64,000 bases of DNA from the NCBI RefSeq assembly GCF_000143415.4, contig NW_003314293.1:960062-1024061 (forward strand), in the 5' to 3' direction. The stretch comes from Selaginella moellendorffii (Eukaryota; Plantae; Lycopodiophyta). The notes beneath the pieces are model-generated. The model did no database searches. It was not told the DNA's origin and worked only from the letters and a program-made list of their open reading frames with translations. The number at the start of each line of letters is the position of its first letter. Position 1 is the first letter of the stretch. A program made the position numbers and the translations under genes. Positions 1-15,324 of this stretch are shown one piece after another.

Positions 1-3000
1 GCCATGCCCGACCTACCCACTATCCTTACTATACATTTGGAACACCCCACAGCCCCCCCCCCCCCCTGAGGAACACTCGTTTTGGGCTTTCACCCCAAGC
101 TTCCCTTAGTATCAGGAGTTAGTCTCTGGGACAAACTCGAAACTTACTAAATATGGAATGGCCCTACAATGCGAATTTCGACACGGGATGAACACCATTG
201 TTTTCAGGCCAATCTCTACATTCCGTAGATATGCCAAATGAGCAAATCTAGACACTTTCCATAAATAGCATTTGAGACCGAAATGAGACTAACACAAAGG
301 GCATGATAGCGAGGGTGTTTAGCAGACATGGTAAGCTATCATCCAATGATATTGAGGGACCAATCTCAATACGTGAGGGTTCTTGTCACTAGCTAGTGCA
401 AGAAAAAACGAGACAGGAACTCCTTACCGGGCTAAGTATGCTTAGCTAATAACACATAGGAATTCCATCCTTATGCTCGTCCGGTCTAAGTACACTCGAA
501 ATGCCCAGTTAACTCCACTAGCACAAGAGGGACTGATAAAGGGTCTAGCAATACCGATCTCCTGCCATCGTAGCAGTAAGGTAAGAGTGTCCGTAAGGAC
601 TGGTCGACAGGTAACTTTCGATACCCGAAGTCACATTCGCGACACTCTGCCCCCCTTGGGGAAGATCGACGTCCTCGTCGATGCATACTCAAGTCTAGAA
701 TACCGTCAAGGAAACAACTCCATAAAAAGTTCACGGTACTCACACTATGTGAGAAATGCACCAACCAACTTAAATGAGTTAGGGGGTAACCTCTTTGTCT
801 AACGCAGATGCGCTACCAGCTCAGACACCTTCTGGCTATCGCTGACAAGGAAATGACTAACTAAGTCAGCCACCCTTGCTACTCTGGGAGTCACCCAGCT
901 TACAAAAGTGTGATACGCCCCTGCCTGCAAGGACATAGAGAGAGAAACTAGAGGCCCCAACCCTCCTGAGCAAAGAAACCAAACCCGTCGGTAAGGTTTA
1001 GATAGACTACTGTCAACAGGTAGTTAAAGTTGTTTACACAGTCATGCCCTTTTAACGGAATAAGGAACATCGATAGAGAGGCGGGTGATGTGACCAGTCG
1101 ACAGTAGCTACCCCATAACTAGAGATTTCAACATGCACACAAAGTGCCGAAGCTAGTCTGCCTATACTGGCCCAAACTCAAAGATCAATAGATGGATAAT
1201 ATCAAAGTTATAGACAATGATATCTTAGAGACTTAAATATCAGTGAATAAATCTTAGGTTAGAACACAAAAGTATTCCAAGTAAGTTATCATCCGATAAA
1301 CTAGTAGTTGAGTATAGGAACCATCAAGATCATCATAACTGGTAAATATAGAAATCACCATCCAACAAAATTCAATAGCAAGTAGATCATCAAGGAAACG
1401 CAATGATAAAACTTTACTACCAAAAATTGTAGACAGTAAGCCAACAACTTACTAAAGATAACTCAAAGAACACAAAGTATCATTGACTGACAAGCACAAT
1501 GCTCGCAAATGTATCACCCGAAGGAAATAACATCCCAACCTATCAGAACTAACTCAAGCAATAATCAACAGAACAGAATGAATGCGGTAAGACTAACAAA
1601 CACCCATTCATGCCAACTATCACACTAGCCAATCCGAATAGATCCCAGCCAACAACACTAAGGAACTCAAGTTGCCTAAGCAAGTGTTAGCAACATCCTA
1701 CTGATGTCTCAAACCTAAGAGACCAATCCAGAGCAAACCACAAAGAACATGTGGTAGTGCAAAAAAAACCATAAGCTATCAAAGAGAACAACTAACCATT
1801 ATGAAAGATCATCAATTGTCCCATCAAAAAGATATATGCAGAATCATCATCTAAGAAGGAATCCACCATTCCGAAGAATAGAAAATCAATCCAGATTAAC
1901 GATAATCAAGCAAAACCTTCGACAAGGATAATCAACTATCCTAGATGATAGTTAATCATCACCAATGATTGCTAGATGCAAAAAATAACTTCAACATTGA
2001 AGCTAACAAGCCAAAATGCCTTCCCCAACAACTTCTAACAAATGGAACAATGAGCACAAAACTCAAGAAACCAAAAGCTCGAAGAAGCCTATAGCTAAAT
2101 CTTGCCTAATAATGATCATGAATCTCGCACGAACTAACTTCAATGCTAAAGAAGAAATCATGGTATAACCCACAACATCCTCCTCAACACATCCATAAGT
2201 TAAACTTCATAATGCAAAGTTAATGAAGAGCATGTCTGCATCAATCCAAAAGCTAAGCACAACGGAGCTATGCCCAACAAGTGATCACTAAACGATCCTC
2301 CATGAATCCATCTATAGCGAGACGTAACTCACTTCATAACAAGCACAAGAAGAATCATTAATGATCGATATATTCCAACTGAAATCCAATAAGGATTCAA
2401 ACATCTTCAATATCAATCACTAACTCTTCCATTTGTAGAGTTAGCATAGTTCATGACTAAACTGCTTTTCAAGGAAAAGCCAAACCTCAACCTTTACTAA
2501 ATAATTTTATCTAGAACACAACTAACTCAAACTTGCCACTCAGTTCATTTGAACGTCAACACAGTTGCTAACTAGCAACTGCATGAATGCCAACAACACA
2601 AAACTAAAGCCAAATCATCAACACTATCTTCATCGAGACTAATGAAACTCAATATCAATCTTATAAAAAGACATCTCATCTCACTCGAATCTCAACATCA
2701 ACAATGTCAATGATAAGGCATCACTTCAATGCCATCAACACCATAACAAAACTAGAAGAAAGCAAGAGTGAATCACCACCTAAAACTTTCTAGCAACCAA
2801 GCTAACCAAAGTCAAAGATACTTTAGTCAGTATCCGAGACTAATCTTTTTAGCAAAACGTAGTTACAGATAGCACATCATCAAGGAGTGAATCACCACAC
2901 CCAAGACTAAATGAAATCCAACACCATAGACTAAATGTCACCAAATGATATCGACAGCGGTAGAGTCGACATGCTAACATGAAAAAACTCATGTGAGCCT

Positions 3001-6000
3001 AACGACACGATCCTCGGCAACACCATCCAATAAAGCAAGCCCATCACTGCTAAATCATCATCGAGCAAAGCAAGTATCAATAGTCCTTGACGAAGTTTAC
3101 AAATAATCACTAGTCGCAAAGCAACTAACAATCACTCCTCAACTTGCCTTCACAAGACCCAAACACCAACTCTTATCATCAAGTTATATACTTATTCAAC
3201 ATGAACGTGATACCCCAGGTACGAGATAAAAGTTCATAAACAAGCACAAACTAAATGACCACTCAAATCCAACTCAACTATAATAAGCTCACTAAAACAT
3301 TTAGCCAATAGCTCTGAGCATGCCTTGAAGAGGCTAGCTATGCATGATCAACACTTAGTTGAAACTAAAGTGAAGACCATGGGATGGACTCATAACGGTA
3401 CACAACCTCCTCATAGACAAAGCTATAGTACGGGTACCAACATCTCAACCTCAAACAACTAAGTTGGACATCACCATCCTTAGCCAAGGCGCAGGGCCAT
3501 CAAGACCAAGTTAAGATCAGTGAGAGCTCATTACTCTCATAGAGTCTTAACAAAATGCAAGGTGCAACCTGCCACCGAGCATAATGCTACAAAAGAAAGG
3601 CACAGGAGTCACCCTTCTTAGAAAAGTGTAATTGCCACTTTTCTACACCAACTCCAGACTCTATCCAACTCAATTGCCTTAGCCCCAAAAGTCAGCATCC
3701 CTTTCGGGCTGCATCATACAAACTATTTACTAAGGTTTAAGCCAACTAAAGTCAACTCCAACCCTTTCACTAGTTTGTATTGGCTTTCGAAAACGGAATG
3801 GTTTTCGGGCAAAATGATCAATAGATCAGCCATTGGAAAAGTCTAAGAAAATTTGTGTAAAATTTCCCTCCTAGAGAAAGAATGACTCTCAGTCCAAGAT
3901 TGCAAACTTTCAAGACTCAACTAACTTCCTCCTACCAACAACTTCACAAAGGTTCACCTCAACACCAATTCTCATGACCCATAGTATGTTTAAGCCTCGA
4001 ACATCTTTGCCCACTTAACCGATATCCAACACCGACATCCGCAAAGTGCAAAATGAACATCCAAGGCTTGATCACGAAGACCACATCTTCGGATATCCAC
4101 ATTGCACTAACACTCTTCTTCAATCACCTTCAAGATCCAATGTGAAGCCAAAACACTAACAAGAAAAATGACATAGAAAATCAAGGTCCAAGGAAAACTT
4201 CCTCATCACTCGAAATAACAATGCCACTTCCACTAACACAAGTGCTAGCAATGTCAATGCCTCAACTACACACCTTCTCCATCCAACAATCTACTCCAAG
4301 TGCTAACGGATCAACTGACAAGCCATAGCAAGTGAATGCTATAACCCTTTTCCAACACTTAATGGGCAGACTCAAGGAAACAAGGTACCAACTTAAGCTT
4401 AACATAATGGACTACTATCGAGAATCTAGTCAAAGCTACTACAATGCTACTTCGTGCAAGTAGACTAGCTTCTCCATCAACCACTTTGGGGTTGATCATC
4501 ATTTACCCAAGCAACTTCGTAAACACATTGCTCATTATCACATGGATATGATATAAATCACAATGATTTGATCATCAATCAAGCAACATTATGAGCAATG
4601 CCCATGTCACTACTGCAAAGGTTTATGTGAATATCAAGTGTCAACTCAATTCGATAAAATGCAACATAAATGCCACACCCCACCAATAGAGATTTATAAC
4701 ACTTAATACCACTAACTTTAGTTCACAACACGGACAAGCTCATGCCACTCTCTTTCTGACCAATCTCAAAACTAATCCAACACCAAGCTACACAAGGAGC
4801 AATAACAAGGTTCCCTGGAAAAGAATTGAACATTGCAACCCAAGTCTTCCAATAGCAAGCCTAGACAAAATGATATAGCGCTTCACCACTATCCATCCTA
4901 TAACTCACCACTTGCAAGACCATCACTTCCAACATGCATCAAGGTGGGGACTCTTGATTGCATACTATGAACATGAGCAATGAGTTAACACTTCGTTATA
5001 AATCATCTCTCCAAGAGAAAATGATTTACGTGTTTGATCCTCCGTCCCCGATGACTCTCTTTTCGGTCTCATCTTTGACCAAACCTCAAGCTTGCTTTCG
5101 CACTGCCTTCAGTTCAATCGAAGAAAAGTTTATAAGAGAGCACGGCCATGACTACTTGAACAAATAGACTAATCCTTATAGTCTTGATTGATCCACTTAT
5201 AATCATATCTAGGAAGGATCCATTAGTGCCGTGCTAAATAGCTACGGACCAGCCTATTTGCCACTCACAGCAAACCCAGGGAAAATTTACTTTCACCCAT
5301 GGTACAAGGAACAACTCATGGAACCACCGATAGGCTAACATTAATCCTGCCAACTCAAAGTGTAACCTCGAGTTGCTAATGTGCCTCACTCACGAGCCCA
5401 AGCGAAAACTCGTGCAAAATGGTACACCTCAATCCTTCCTATGAGCCCAAGAGCAAGCTCATATAATATGGTACAAAACGGTAACCAAAACCATACCCAA
5501 GGAATGATTGCGAAGTCATTGCACCCAAACGTGTACCCACTCGGATCATCGTTTTCATCTCTATATATGCAACGAGACTAGTTGCCCAATCTCATTGAAT
5601 AGTACTCGCTGAGACTCATCCTCTGATACCAAATGTAGCGCACGTGGTTTTGACCCCTATGGTGATTTACCATAGGATAACACCACGAAGTGAAACCTAA
5701 ACCCTCTTTGTGCCACGTGACATATGCCACATGTCACATACCACGTGTCCATGCCACATGTCCATGGGAACCCGAGGTTCAGGGCCTTGGGCCACTGAAC
5801 GAAGGAAAGGTGCCAAAACTTCGAAGCACGAAGCCAAGAAGTGACGGAACCGAACCACAAAGCAACTCCCGAGCATAAAGCCCAAGGAGCAAAGGGACAG
5901 GAGCCCGGAACGACTTGGAACAGTCCTAGAGTAACCAGCATCCCAATGCCAGGACCAGCACACAAAACGGAGCCAAATGGGGTCTGGCGCTATTTCGGCA

Positions 6001-6779
6001 TACTGGTGGCCTAACGTGAGGACATGGGTACTCTACCAGCTAGCATGGTGTGGAACCTTAGCTTAGACCCAAGCCGGACGCAGAACAAGGACAGGCACGC
6101 AAGCGGGAGCTAGACTATGCCTCAGGTTGGTCAGCCATGCCCGACCTACCCACTATCCTTACTATACATTTGGAACCCCCCACAGCCCCCCCCCCCCACC
6201 CCTGAAGAACACACGTTTTGGGCTTTCACCCCAAGCTTCCCTTAGTATCAGGAGTTAGTCTCTGGGACAAACTCGAAACTTACTAAATATGGAATGGCCC
6301 TAGAATGCGAATTTGGACACAGGATGAACACCATTGTTTTCAGGCCAATCTCTACATTCCGTAGATATGCCAAATGAGCAAATCTAGACACTTTCCATAA
6401 ATAGCATTTGAGACCGAAATAAGACTAACACAAAGGGCATGATAGCGAGGGTGTTTGGTAGACACGGTAAGCTATCATCCAGCGATATTGAGGGACCAAT
6501 CTCAATACACGAGGGTTCTTGTCACTAGCCAGTGCAAGACAAAACGAGACGGGAACTCCTTACCGGGCTAGTATGCTTAGCTAATAATACGTAGGAATTC
6601 CGTCCTTATGCTCGTCCGGTCTAAGTACACTCGAAATGCCCAGTTAACTCCACTAGCACAAGAGGGACTGATAAAGGGTCTAGCAATACCGATCTCCTGC
6701 CATCGTGGCAGTAAGGTAAGAGTGTCCGTAAGGACTGGTTGACAAGTAACTTTCGATACCTGAAGTCACATTCATGACA
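1..6779 (-). mobile_element. Non-autonomous LTR retrotransposon (LARD-like, family A, element A1): 3' LTR <1-644, internal region 645-5633, 5' LTR 5634-6779
   Basis: 1-644 repeats 6134-6779. The LTR reads TGTAGC...GACA. PBS for initiator Met tRNA (CTCTGATACCA on +, 5621-5631) abuts the LTR at 5634. PPT (CTCTGCCCCCCTTGGG on +) follows position 644. No long ORF in the internal region. Confidence 0.85.
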
Positions 6780-9700
6780 AAACCTCTTTAGCAACCAAGC
6801 TAACTAAATTCAAAGATACCTTAGTTAGTATCTAAGACCAATCCTCCAACAATATTCAGTTATAGATAACACATCATCAAGGAGTGATTCACTACGTCCA
6901 ACACTTAATGAAATCCAACATTACGAACTAAATGTAATCAAATGATATTAACAAAGGTAGAGTTAATATACTAATATGGAAAACTCATGTAAGTCTAACA
7001 ACATGATCCTCCACAATACCATTCGGTAAAGTAAACCCATCATTATTAAATCATCATCAAGTGAAGCAAGTGTCAATAGTCCTTGACGAAGTCTATAAGC
7101 AATCACTAGTTGCAAAGCAACTAACAATCATTCTTCAACTTGTCTTCACAAGACCCAACACTAAACTCATATCATCGAGTCATATACTCATCCAACATGA
7201 ACATAATACCTCAAGTACGAGATAAAGGTTCATGGACAAATATAACTAAATGACCACTCGAATCCAACTCAACCGTAATAAGCTCACTAATGCATTTAGC
7301 CAACAGCTTTAAGCATGCTTTGAAGAGGCTAGTTATGCATGATCAACACTAAGTTGAAACTAAAGTGAAGACCATGAGATGGACTCATATCGGTACACAA
7401 CATTCTCATAGACAAAGTTATAGTACGGGTACCAACATCTCAACCGTAAACAACTAAGTTGGACATCACCATCTTTAGCAAAGGTGCAGGGCCTCTAAGA
7501 CTAAGTCAAGATCAGTGAGAGCTCACTACTCTCATAGAGTTTAATGAAATGCAAAGTGCAACTTGTGACCAAGCATAACACTACAAAAGAAAGGCACAAG
7601 GGTCACCCTTCTTAAAAAAGTGCAACGGCCACCTTTTCACACCAACTCCATACTCTATCCAACTCAATTGCCTTATCCCCAAAAGTCAACATCCCTTTTC
7701 AGGTCACATCATACAAACTACTTACTAAGGTTTAAGCTAATTAAAATCAACTTACAACCCTTTCACTAGCTTGTACTGGCTTACGNNNNNNNNNNNNNNN
7801 NNNNNNNNNNNNNNNNNNNNNNNNNNNNNNNNNNNNNNNNNNNNNNNNNNNNNNNNNNNNNNNNNNNNNNNNNNNNNNNNNNNNNNNNNNNNNNNNNNNN
7901 NNNNNNNNNNNNNNNNNNNNNNNNNNNNNNNNNNNNNNNNNNNNNNNNNNNNNNNNNNNNNNNNNNNNNNNNNNNNNNNNNNNNNNNNNNNNNNNNNNNN
8001 NNNNNNNNNNNNNNNNNNNNNNNNNNNNNNNNNNNNNNNNNNNNNNNNNNNNNNNNNNNNNNNNNNNNNNNNNNNNNNNNNNNNNNNNNNNNNNNNNNNN
8101 NNNNNNNNNNNNNNNNNNNNNNNNNNNNNNNNNNCTTATCACTCAAAATAACAACACCACTTTCACTAACACAAATGCTAGTGATGTCAATGCCTCAACT
8201 ACACACCTTCTCCATCTAACAATCTACTCCAAGTGCTAATAAATCAACTAAAGAGTTATACCAAATGAATACTACAACCCTTTCCAACACTTTAATGGGC
8301 AAACTCTAGGAACCAAAGAACCAACTTAAATTAGCATAATGGACTGCCATTGAGAATCTAGTCAAAACTATTATAATGCTACTTCATGCAAGTAGACTAG
8401 CTTCACCATCAATTACTTTGAGGTTGATCATCGTTTACCAAGCAACTTCACAAATATATTGCTCACGACCACATACATATGATATAAGTATCACAATGAT
8501 TTGATCATTAATTGAGCAACACCACGAGCAACATCCATGCCATTACTTCAAAGGTTATTATGAGCATCAAGTGCCAACTCGATTTGACAAAATGCAACAT
8601 AAATGCTATACTCCACCGATAGAGATTTACAACAACTAACATCACTAACTTTTGTTCACAATACGGACAAACTCATGCCACTCTTTTTCTGACCAAACTC
8701 AAAACTAATCCAAGACCAAGTTACTAAAGGAGCAATAGCAAGGTTCCCCAAAAAGAATTGAGCATTGCAACTCAAGTCTTCAATAGCAAGTCTAGACAAA
8801 ATGGTTCAGTGCTTCACCACTATCCATCCCACAACTCACCATTTATAAAACCATCATCTCCAACATGCATCAAGATGGAGACTCTTGATTGCATGATGTG
8901 AATACGAGAAATGAGTCACACATTGTTGTGAATCATCTCTTCAATAAGAAAAGATGATTTACGTGTTTGATCTTTCGTCCTTGACAACTCTCTTTTTAGT
9001 CTTAACTTTGACTAAACCTCAAGCTTGCTTTCGCATTGCCTTCAGTCCAATCTAAAAAAAGTTTATAATAGAGCATAGCAATGATTACTTGAATCAATAG
9101 ACTCTTCCCTACAATCTTGATTGATCCATTTATAATCATGCTTAGGAAGGATCCATTAGTGCCATGCTAAATAGCCACGGACTAGCTTATTTGCCACTCA
9201 TAGCAAACCCAGGGAAGGTTTATTTTTTTCCATGGTACAAGGAACAACTTATGGAACCATCGATAGGCTAATATTAATCCTGCCATCTCAAAGTGCAACC
9301 TCAAGTTGCTTATGTGCCTCACTCACAAGCTCAAGCTAAAACTCATGCAAATGGAAGAACTCAATTCCTTTTATGAGCCCAAGAGCAAGCTCATATTATT
9401 ACAGTACAAAAAGGTAACCATAATCCATACCTAAAGAATGATTGCGAAGTTTTTGCACCCAAACATGTACCCACTTGGATCATTGTTTTCATCTCTATGT
9501 ATAAAATGAGACTAGTTGCCCAATCTCATTGGATAGTACTCGCTAAGACTCATCCTCTAATACCAAATGTAGCACACGTGGTTTTTACCCTTTATCCTAT
9601 GGTAATTTACTATATGATAACACCACGAAGTGGAACCTAAACCCTCCATATGCCACATGTTATATACCATATGTCCAAAGGACAGTGGTGTGGAACTCGA

Positions 9701-10686
9701 GGTTCAAGGCCTTGAGCCACTGAACGAAGGAACAGTGCCAAACTCCCAAGCATGAAGCCAAGGAGTGACGGAACCGGACCATGAAGCAACTCTTGAGCAT
9801 ACAACCCAAGGAGCAAAGGGATAGGAGCTTGAAGCGACTTGGAACAGTCCTAAAGCAACCAGCATCCCAATGCCAGAACTAGCATGCAAAACGAAGCCAA
9901 ATGGAGTCTGGCACTATTTCAGCATACTGGTGGCCTAACGCAAGGATATGTGTACTCCATCAGCTAGCATGGAATGGAACTTGGGTTTAGACCCAAGCCG
10001 GACGCAGAACAAGGACAGGCACGCAAGCGGGAGCTAGACTATGCCTCAGGTTGGTCGGCCATGCCCAACCTACCCACTATCCCTACTATACATTTGGAAC
10101 CCCCCAGTCCCCCCCCCCCACTGAGCACACACGCTTTGGGCTTTCACCCCAAGCCTCCCTTAGTATCAAGAGTTAGTCTCTGGGACAAGCTCGAAACTTA
10201 CTAAATATGGAATGTCCCTAGATTGCGAATTTGGACACAAGATGAACACCATTGTGTTCAAATCAATATCTACATTCCATAGATATGCCAAATGAGTAAA
10301 TCTAGACACTTTCCATAAATAGCATTTGGGACTAAAATGAGACTAACACAAAGGGCATGATAGCGAGGGTGTTTGGCAGACACGGTAAGCTATCATTTAG
10401 TGAATATATATCGCGGGGGTTCCCAACACTAACAAGTGTAAGTCAACATCATGAGTTTCTCGTCACCATACCAAGTATGTTTGACTAAATGACAACGTAG
10501 GATTTCCTTCCTTAGTGCCCTTCCCGTCTAAGTGCACATGTGATGACTAATTTCTCAACTAGCTTAGGCAGAAACTAATAAAGGGTCCAGCAATACCAAC
10601 CTCTTGCCATCATGGTAGTAAAAAAAGAGTGCCCGTAAGGACTGGCTGACAAATAACTTTCGATACCCGAAGTCACATTCGCGACA
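6780..10686 (-). mobile_element. Older family-A element (A2): partial internal region 6780-9567 plus 5' LTR 9568-10686; interrupted by A1
   Basis: 6780-9567 is a diverged copy of ~2783-5633. PBS CTCTAATACCA precedes TGTAGC at 9568. The LTR ends GCGACA at 10686, with a divergent segment at ~10400-10575. Confidence 0.8.
7786..8134. other. Assembly gap (349 N)
   Basis: Run of N. The flanks correspond to ~3790 and ~4200 of the A1 internal region. Confidence 0.99.
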
Positions 10687-12879
10687 GCATCATCATAATT
10701 GTTAATATGTCCAATGCATGCTTGAAGATATTTGGCAAAATGGTCCAATCCATATGAGAGGCTATGCTCAAACCATTGTACTACTGCAATACTGTTCTTT
10801 GGAGACACATAGGTTAGATATATTATCAAACTTATTAATATCTATAAGTTTTAGTTTTATAAACAGAAATTGATAAAAGAAATAGTATTTAAATTCAGAT
10901 AAAGGATAAACAGATAAATATGAGAACTTTAATATAGAAATATATTTACTATGATCATATTAACAATATAAACCTATTTATATTATTATAGGCAAAATAG
11001 AGTGCTTGTGATATAGGAATAGGTATATTAATTAAGGTTTAAACCCTGCTTATATACAAGAATGGATGGACTAGATTCAGTCATAAATGGATAGTGTATA
11101 TACTATAATACTATAATTAGTGTATTATCTAACCAAATTAATATATGTATATACATACATGTATTTCCAAACATTATACCATCCTCCCCTCTGGAAGATG
11201 AAAAGGTGATGATAGTAAGTTAAGTAGAATATTTGAAGTTTTTGTTGGGTGATTATAAATTACTACAAAAATCTAAAGCTCCTATAAAATCACCATTAAA
11301 ATAGCTATTGAAATAAAACCCAAAGCCATGGCATAAGTATTAGCTGACTATAGAATCTCGGTGAATCAATTGCAACTCCATATACAACTCCCAAATGCTC
11401 AAACCAACCATGCAACCATAACTTTGAACCAAAGTAAGGTAGTCTATAGAGCACTATTGCAACAAACAATACATCCTATTTCTAAACTTGCTTGTTGACG
11501 ATCCTCCAAGACCACCATTAACTTGGACTTAGGATCATAAGTAAAATCTACCATAATGTCTTCCCTTTGATCAACATTTGAGACCTATGTTAACTTAGAC
11601 TCACAACCATCATCCTTATCCAACACCATACATGGGAGGTTAGACTCACTCTATTTATCCTCCATATCCTCTTTATCCCCTTCTTGAAAGATTTTTTTTT
11701 TTAAATACTAACTCTATTTGGACTCATTGCACTCATCCTCACTTTGCTATCTATGTTCAACTTAACTCCACTGTCGCATTTGTTTAGCCTCACTACATCA
11801 GGGCTAGATGTTCCATTTGGACTCGTTATGCTCATCCTCACTTCACAATCCATGTCATTCGTCTTTGCTCCACTACCATATTCATTCATCTTCACTCCAT
11901 AGTTGAGGCCAAATTTTTGTCCGTCCCCTCTACCCCCTCCTCTAAAGAAAACAAAGTTTAAAGTGTTGAGGCAAAAAGGAGAAAATGAAAAAAAAATTGA
12001 GGAAAAACAATTATGAAAGAAAAAAAAGTGGATGAAAAAGCATCAAAAGAAGAATTTGCAATAGTTGGTAATGTAAAAATGGGGAAATCAAAAGAATATA
12101 TGCTTAAAACTTGGAAAATAAAGGACTTTCTATTATAAAATACTTCGGCCACCACAATATAAACAAAAAATTCACACTACTCGACTTCCTCAATACACAA
12201 TTCAACATTTGAGATAGAAAAATCAATAACAACATCTACACTCTCAAGGGAATACATAAACTCCTCAGTAACAACGATAAAGCAAAGGATTTTAGCAATA
12301 GTCAGAAGTGGGGACATGCATTCAACTTGAAACTCTGGCTAAAGTGATTCAACCCTTGGAACATGGGAATACTGAACACCAGAACTAATCAAAGGCTTTA
12401 CCAATGAAACAAAATTAAGATTTTCAACTTCATGCATACACTCAACATCTAGATTAGTATGAGGAGGATATAAAACACTCAACTCAACACTAGACTAAAA
12501 ATGAGAATTATCAAAGTTCTAAATGATTGATATGCTAGGAGAAGAAAACATTGTAGATAAGGAAAAAATACTAGGAATATAAGAAGGTGGCTCATGCCAA
12601 GAAATAAGAAAAAGTTAGGAAAAAATAAAAGGTAAAGAAAAAGGATTAAATGGTAGATTGAAGGATTGACATCTATCTTGTGAAATTTCCACTTCATCTT
12701 TAAAGCTATCTTTGTCAAAAAGCCCACTTCCTACCACCAAATTCCTTGCTATTACCGATTTCCCAAGCCATTATTGCAGCCATTATCTTAGTTATTACCC
12801 AATGGCTTCCTTTGAGATTGATTTGTATACTTTGGGTGGTCAATGCGGCTTAGGCAATATGAACCATCAATTTGGGAGC

Positions 12880-13307
12880 TCGGAACCACACCATAGTAGC
12901 TGGTGGAGTACCTATATCCTCACATTAGGCCACTAATATGTTAAAATAATGCTAAATTTCGTTTAGCTCCATTTTGTGTGTTAGTCTTGGCATTTGGATG
13001 TTCAAAGCTCTAGAACTGTTCCAAGTTGCTTTGTGCTCCTGTCCTTTCAATCCTTAAATTATACACTTAAGAGTTGCTCCATGCTCTAATTCCTTTGCTC
13101 CCTAGCTTTATGCTTAGGAGTTTGGCTCTGTTCCTTCATTTAGTGGCATAAGGCCCTGAAACTCCACTCTGTTATCCTTTGGACATGTGGCATGTGGCAT
13201 GTGGTATGTGGCATGTGATTATGGCACATGGAGGGTTTAGGTTCCGCTTTTTTGTTGTTCTATGGTAAATCACCATAGAATAAAGGGTGAAAACCATGTG
13301 CACTACA
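12880..13307 (+). mobile_element. Truncated family-A LTR fragment, opposite orientation to A1/A2
   Basis: Reverse complement of 5634-~6060. Ends GGGTGAAAACCATGTGCACTACA at 13307. Confidence 0.75.
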
Positions 13308-14253
13308 ATCATTTTAATGAAATTCTACTTCATTACGCATATATGCTTTTCTACATATGCCAATTTTCTATAGAAATATATTGTAGGGAAATATAGACCA
13401 CATTATAGTGGTAGGGCATGGTTCCACATTGCCATTTTCTCATGTGAGATTGCCTTTTAGTCTTGGAAATATAGATAGAGTTTATTCTTTGATGTGATAT
13501 TATTTTTGAGTCTTTCGAAAGATTTCAATTTCTTTTATTATTATTCATAAACATTATATCCATCATTCTTACATTTCGTATACTCCTTTAAGTTTGTTCT
13601 TGATTGTAACTTTCTTGAGTAATTTGGTGAGTTTTTTATTCTTATCTTTTTTCTTAACTTTGAATTTGTAATCTTCCTCATCATCAGAAGAGTCATTAGT
13701 CTTTGATGTTTTTACTCTTGAAAATTTTTAGATATGTTTTTAGAGGTCATCTCTAATTTCTTCTCTGATTTTCTTAGAGATATTATTGATGGTGGTTGCA
13801 ACATCTAAATCTTCTTCTGTGCTTGCTAGAGCGACCATTTGCTAATAGATTTTCTTCAATCCCTATACATACCAATGTACTTACATTATTTAGTGAGTAG
13901 ATCTTTGCAGTGTTTTGCATGATATTTGAATCTTTAGGTATCTTATTTAATGCTCTTGAGGTGTTCTAGGTGTTTGTTTGTTGTGCCGCTAGATTAATCT
14001 TTTCTTTGTAGTTGAGTTTTTTTTCACTTTGCCTTTAATAAGTGTAAAAGGAAAGAGGAGTGTTTCGTTTATTTGTTGTTAATTAACTTTGATAATGAGG
14101 TTGAATTGTTAAAGATGTCTTTTTGCATCTTCGGTTTTACTTCTAGTGAAATTTAGGTAGATGGTTATGTTGTCATATAATGTTGCTGGGTTGATGAGTG
14201 CCATGTCTTCAGTATTGTTTGGAACTTATTATTTTGGTAATGGTGAATATGAT

Positions 14254-15324
14254 TGTCGCGAATGTGATTGTAGGTATCGAAAGTTATCTATCAGCTAGTC
14301 CTTTTGAATATTCTTTCTTTACTACCATGATAGCAGGAAGTTGGTATTGCTAAACCCTTTATCAGTTCCTCTTGTTCAAATGTTAGTAAATTGGGCTTAG
14401 CACGTGTACTTAGCCATATGGATATAAGGTAGGAACTTCTATGTGTTTCTAACTAAGCATACTTTGCCTGGCTCTTAATTCTCTTTTATTTTGTCTTGCA
14501 CTGGCTTGACAAAAACTCTCATGTGTTGAGACTAGTCCCTCAATATCACTAAATGATAGCAAACACCTTCGTTATCATGCTTGTTGTGTTGGTCTCATTC
14601 CATCCTAAATGCTATTTATAAAAAGTGTTTAGATTTGCTCATTTGGCATATTTACAGAATGTAAAGATTTTTCTGAACACAATGGTGTTTGTCTTGTGTC
14701 TAAACTCACTATTTAGGGATATTCCATATTTAGTAAGTTTTAAGCTTGTCCCAGATATCAACTCCTGGTACTAAGGGTGGCTAATGCTGAAAGCCCAAAG
14801 CATGTGTTCCTCATTCAGGGGGGCGGGGGGGCAAGGTTCCAAATGTATAGTAGGGATAGTGGGTAGGTCGGGCATGGCTGACCATTCTGAGGTATAATAT
14901 AACTCTCACTTGTGTGTTTATCCTTGTTCTGCATTCGGCTTGGGTCTAAGCCCCAGTTCCATACCATGCTAGTTAATGGAGTACCCATATCATTGCAATA
15001 AGCCACTGGTATGCTGAAATAGCACTAGCATTAGGATGTTAAATACTCTAGGATCATTTGAAGTTACTTCGTGCTCTTGTTCTTTCGCTCTTTGAGTTAT
15101 ACACTCAAAAATCACTCCATGCTCCAGCTCCTTCACTCCCTAGCTCCATGCTTAGGAGTTTGGCTCTATTCCTTCATTCAATGACCTAAGGCCCTGAAAC
15201 TCGGGTTCCACTCTGTTGTCCTTTAGGCATGTGGCATGTGGCACATAGAGGGTTTAGTTTCCATTTTATGGTTATCCTATGGTAAATCACCATAGGATAG
15301 AAGGTAAAAACCATATGCACTATA
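14254..15324 (+). mobile_element. Family-A solo LTR
   Basis: Starts TGTCGCGAATGTGA and ends ATGCACTATA, i.e. a full-length reverse complement of the A LTR with no PBS. Flanks ATGAT/ACAAT fit a CpG-decayed ACGAT TSD. Confidence 0.85.

Noticed and set aside
7747-8151. ORFs of X residues
   Set aside because: Artefacts of the N gap.
10690-12880. Possible additional decayed retroelement (PPT-like CCATCCTCCCCT at ~11180)
   Set aside because: No paired LTR or recognisable protein motif; too degenerate to call.
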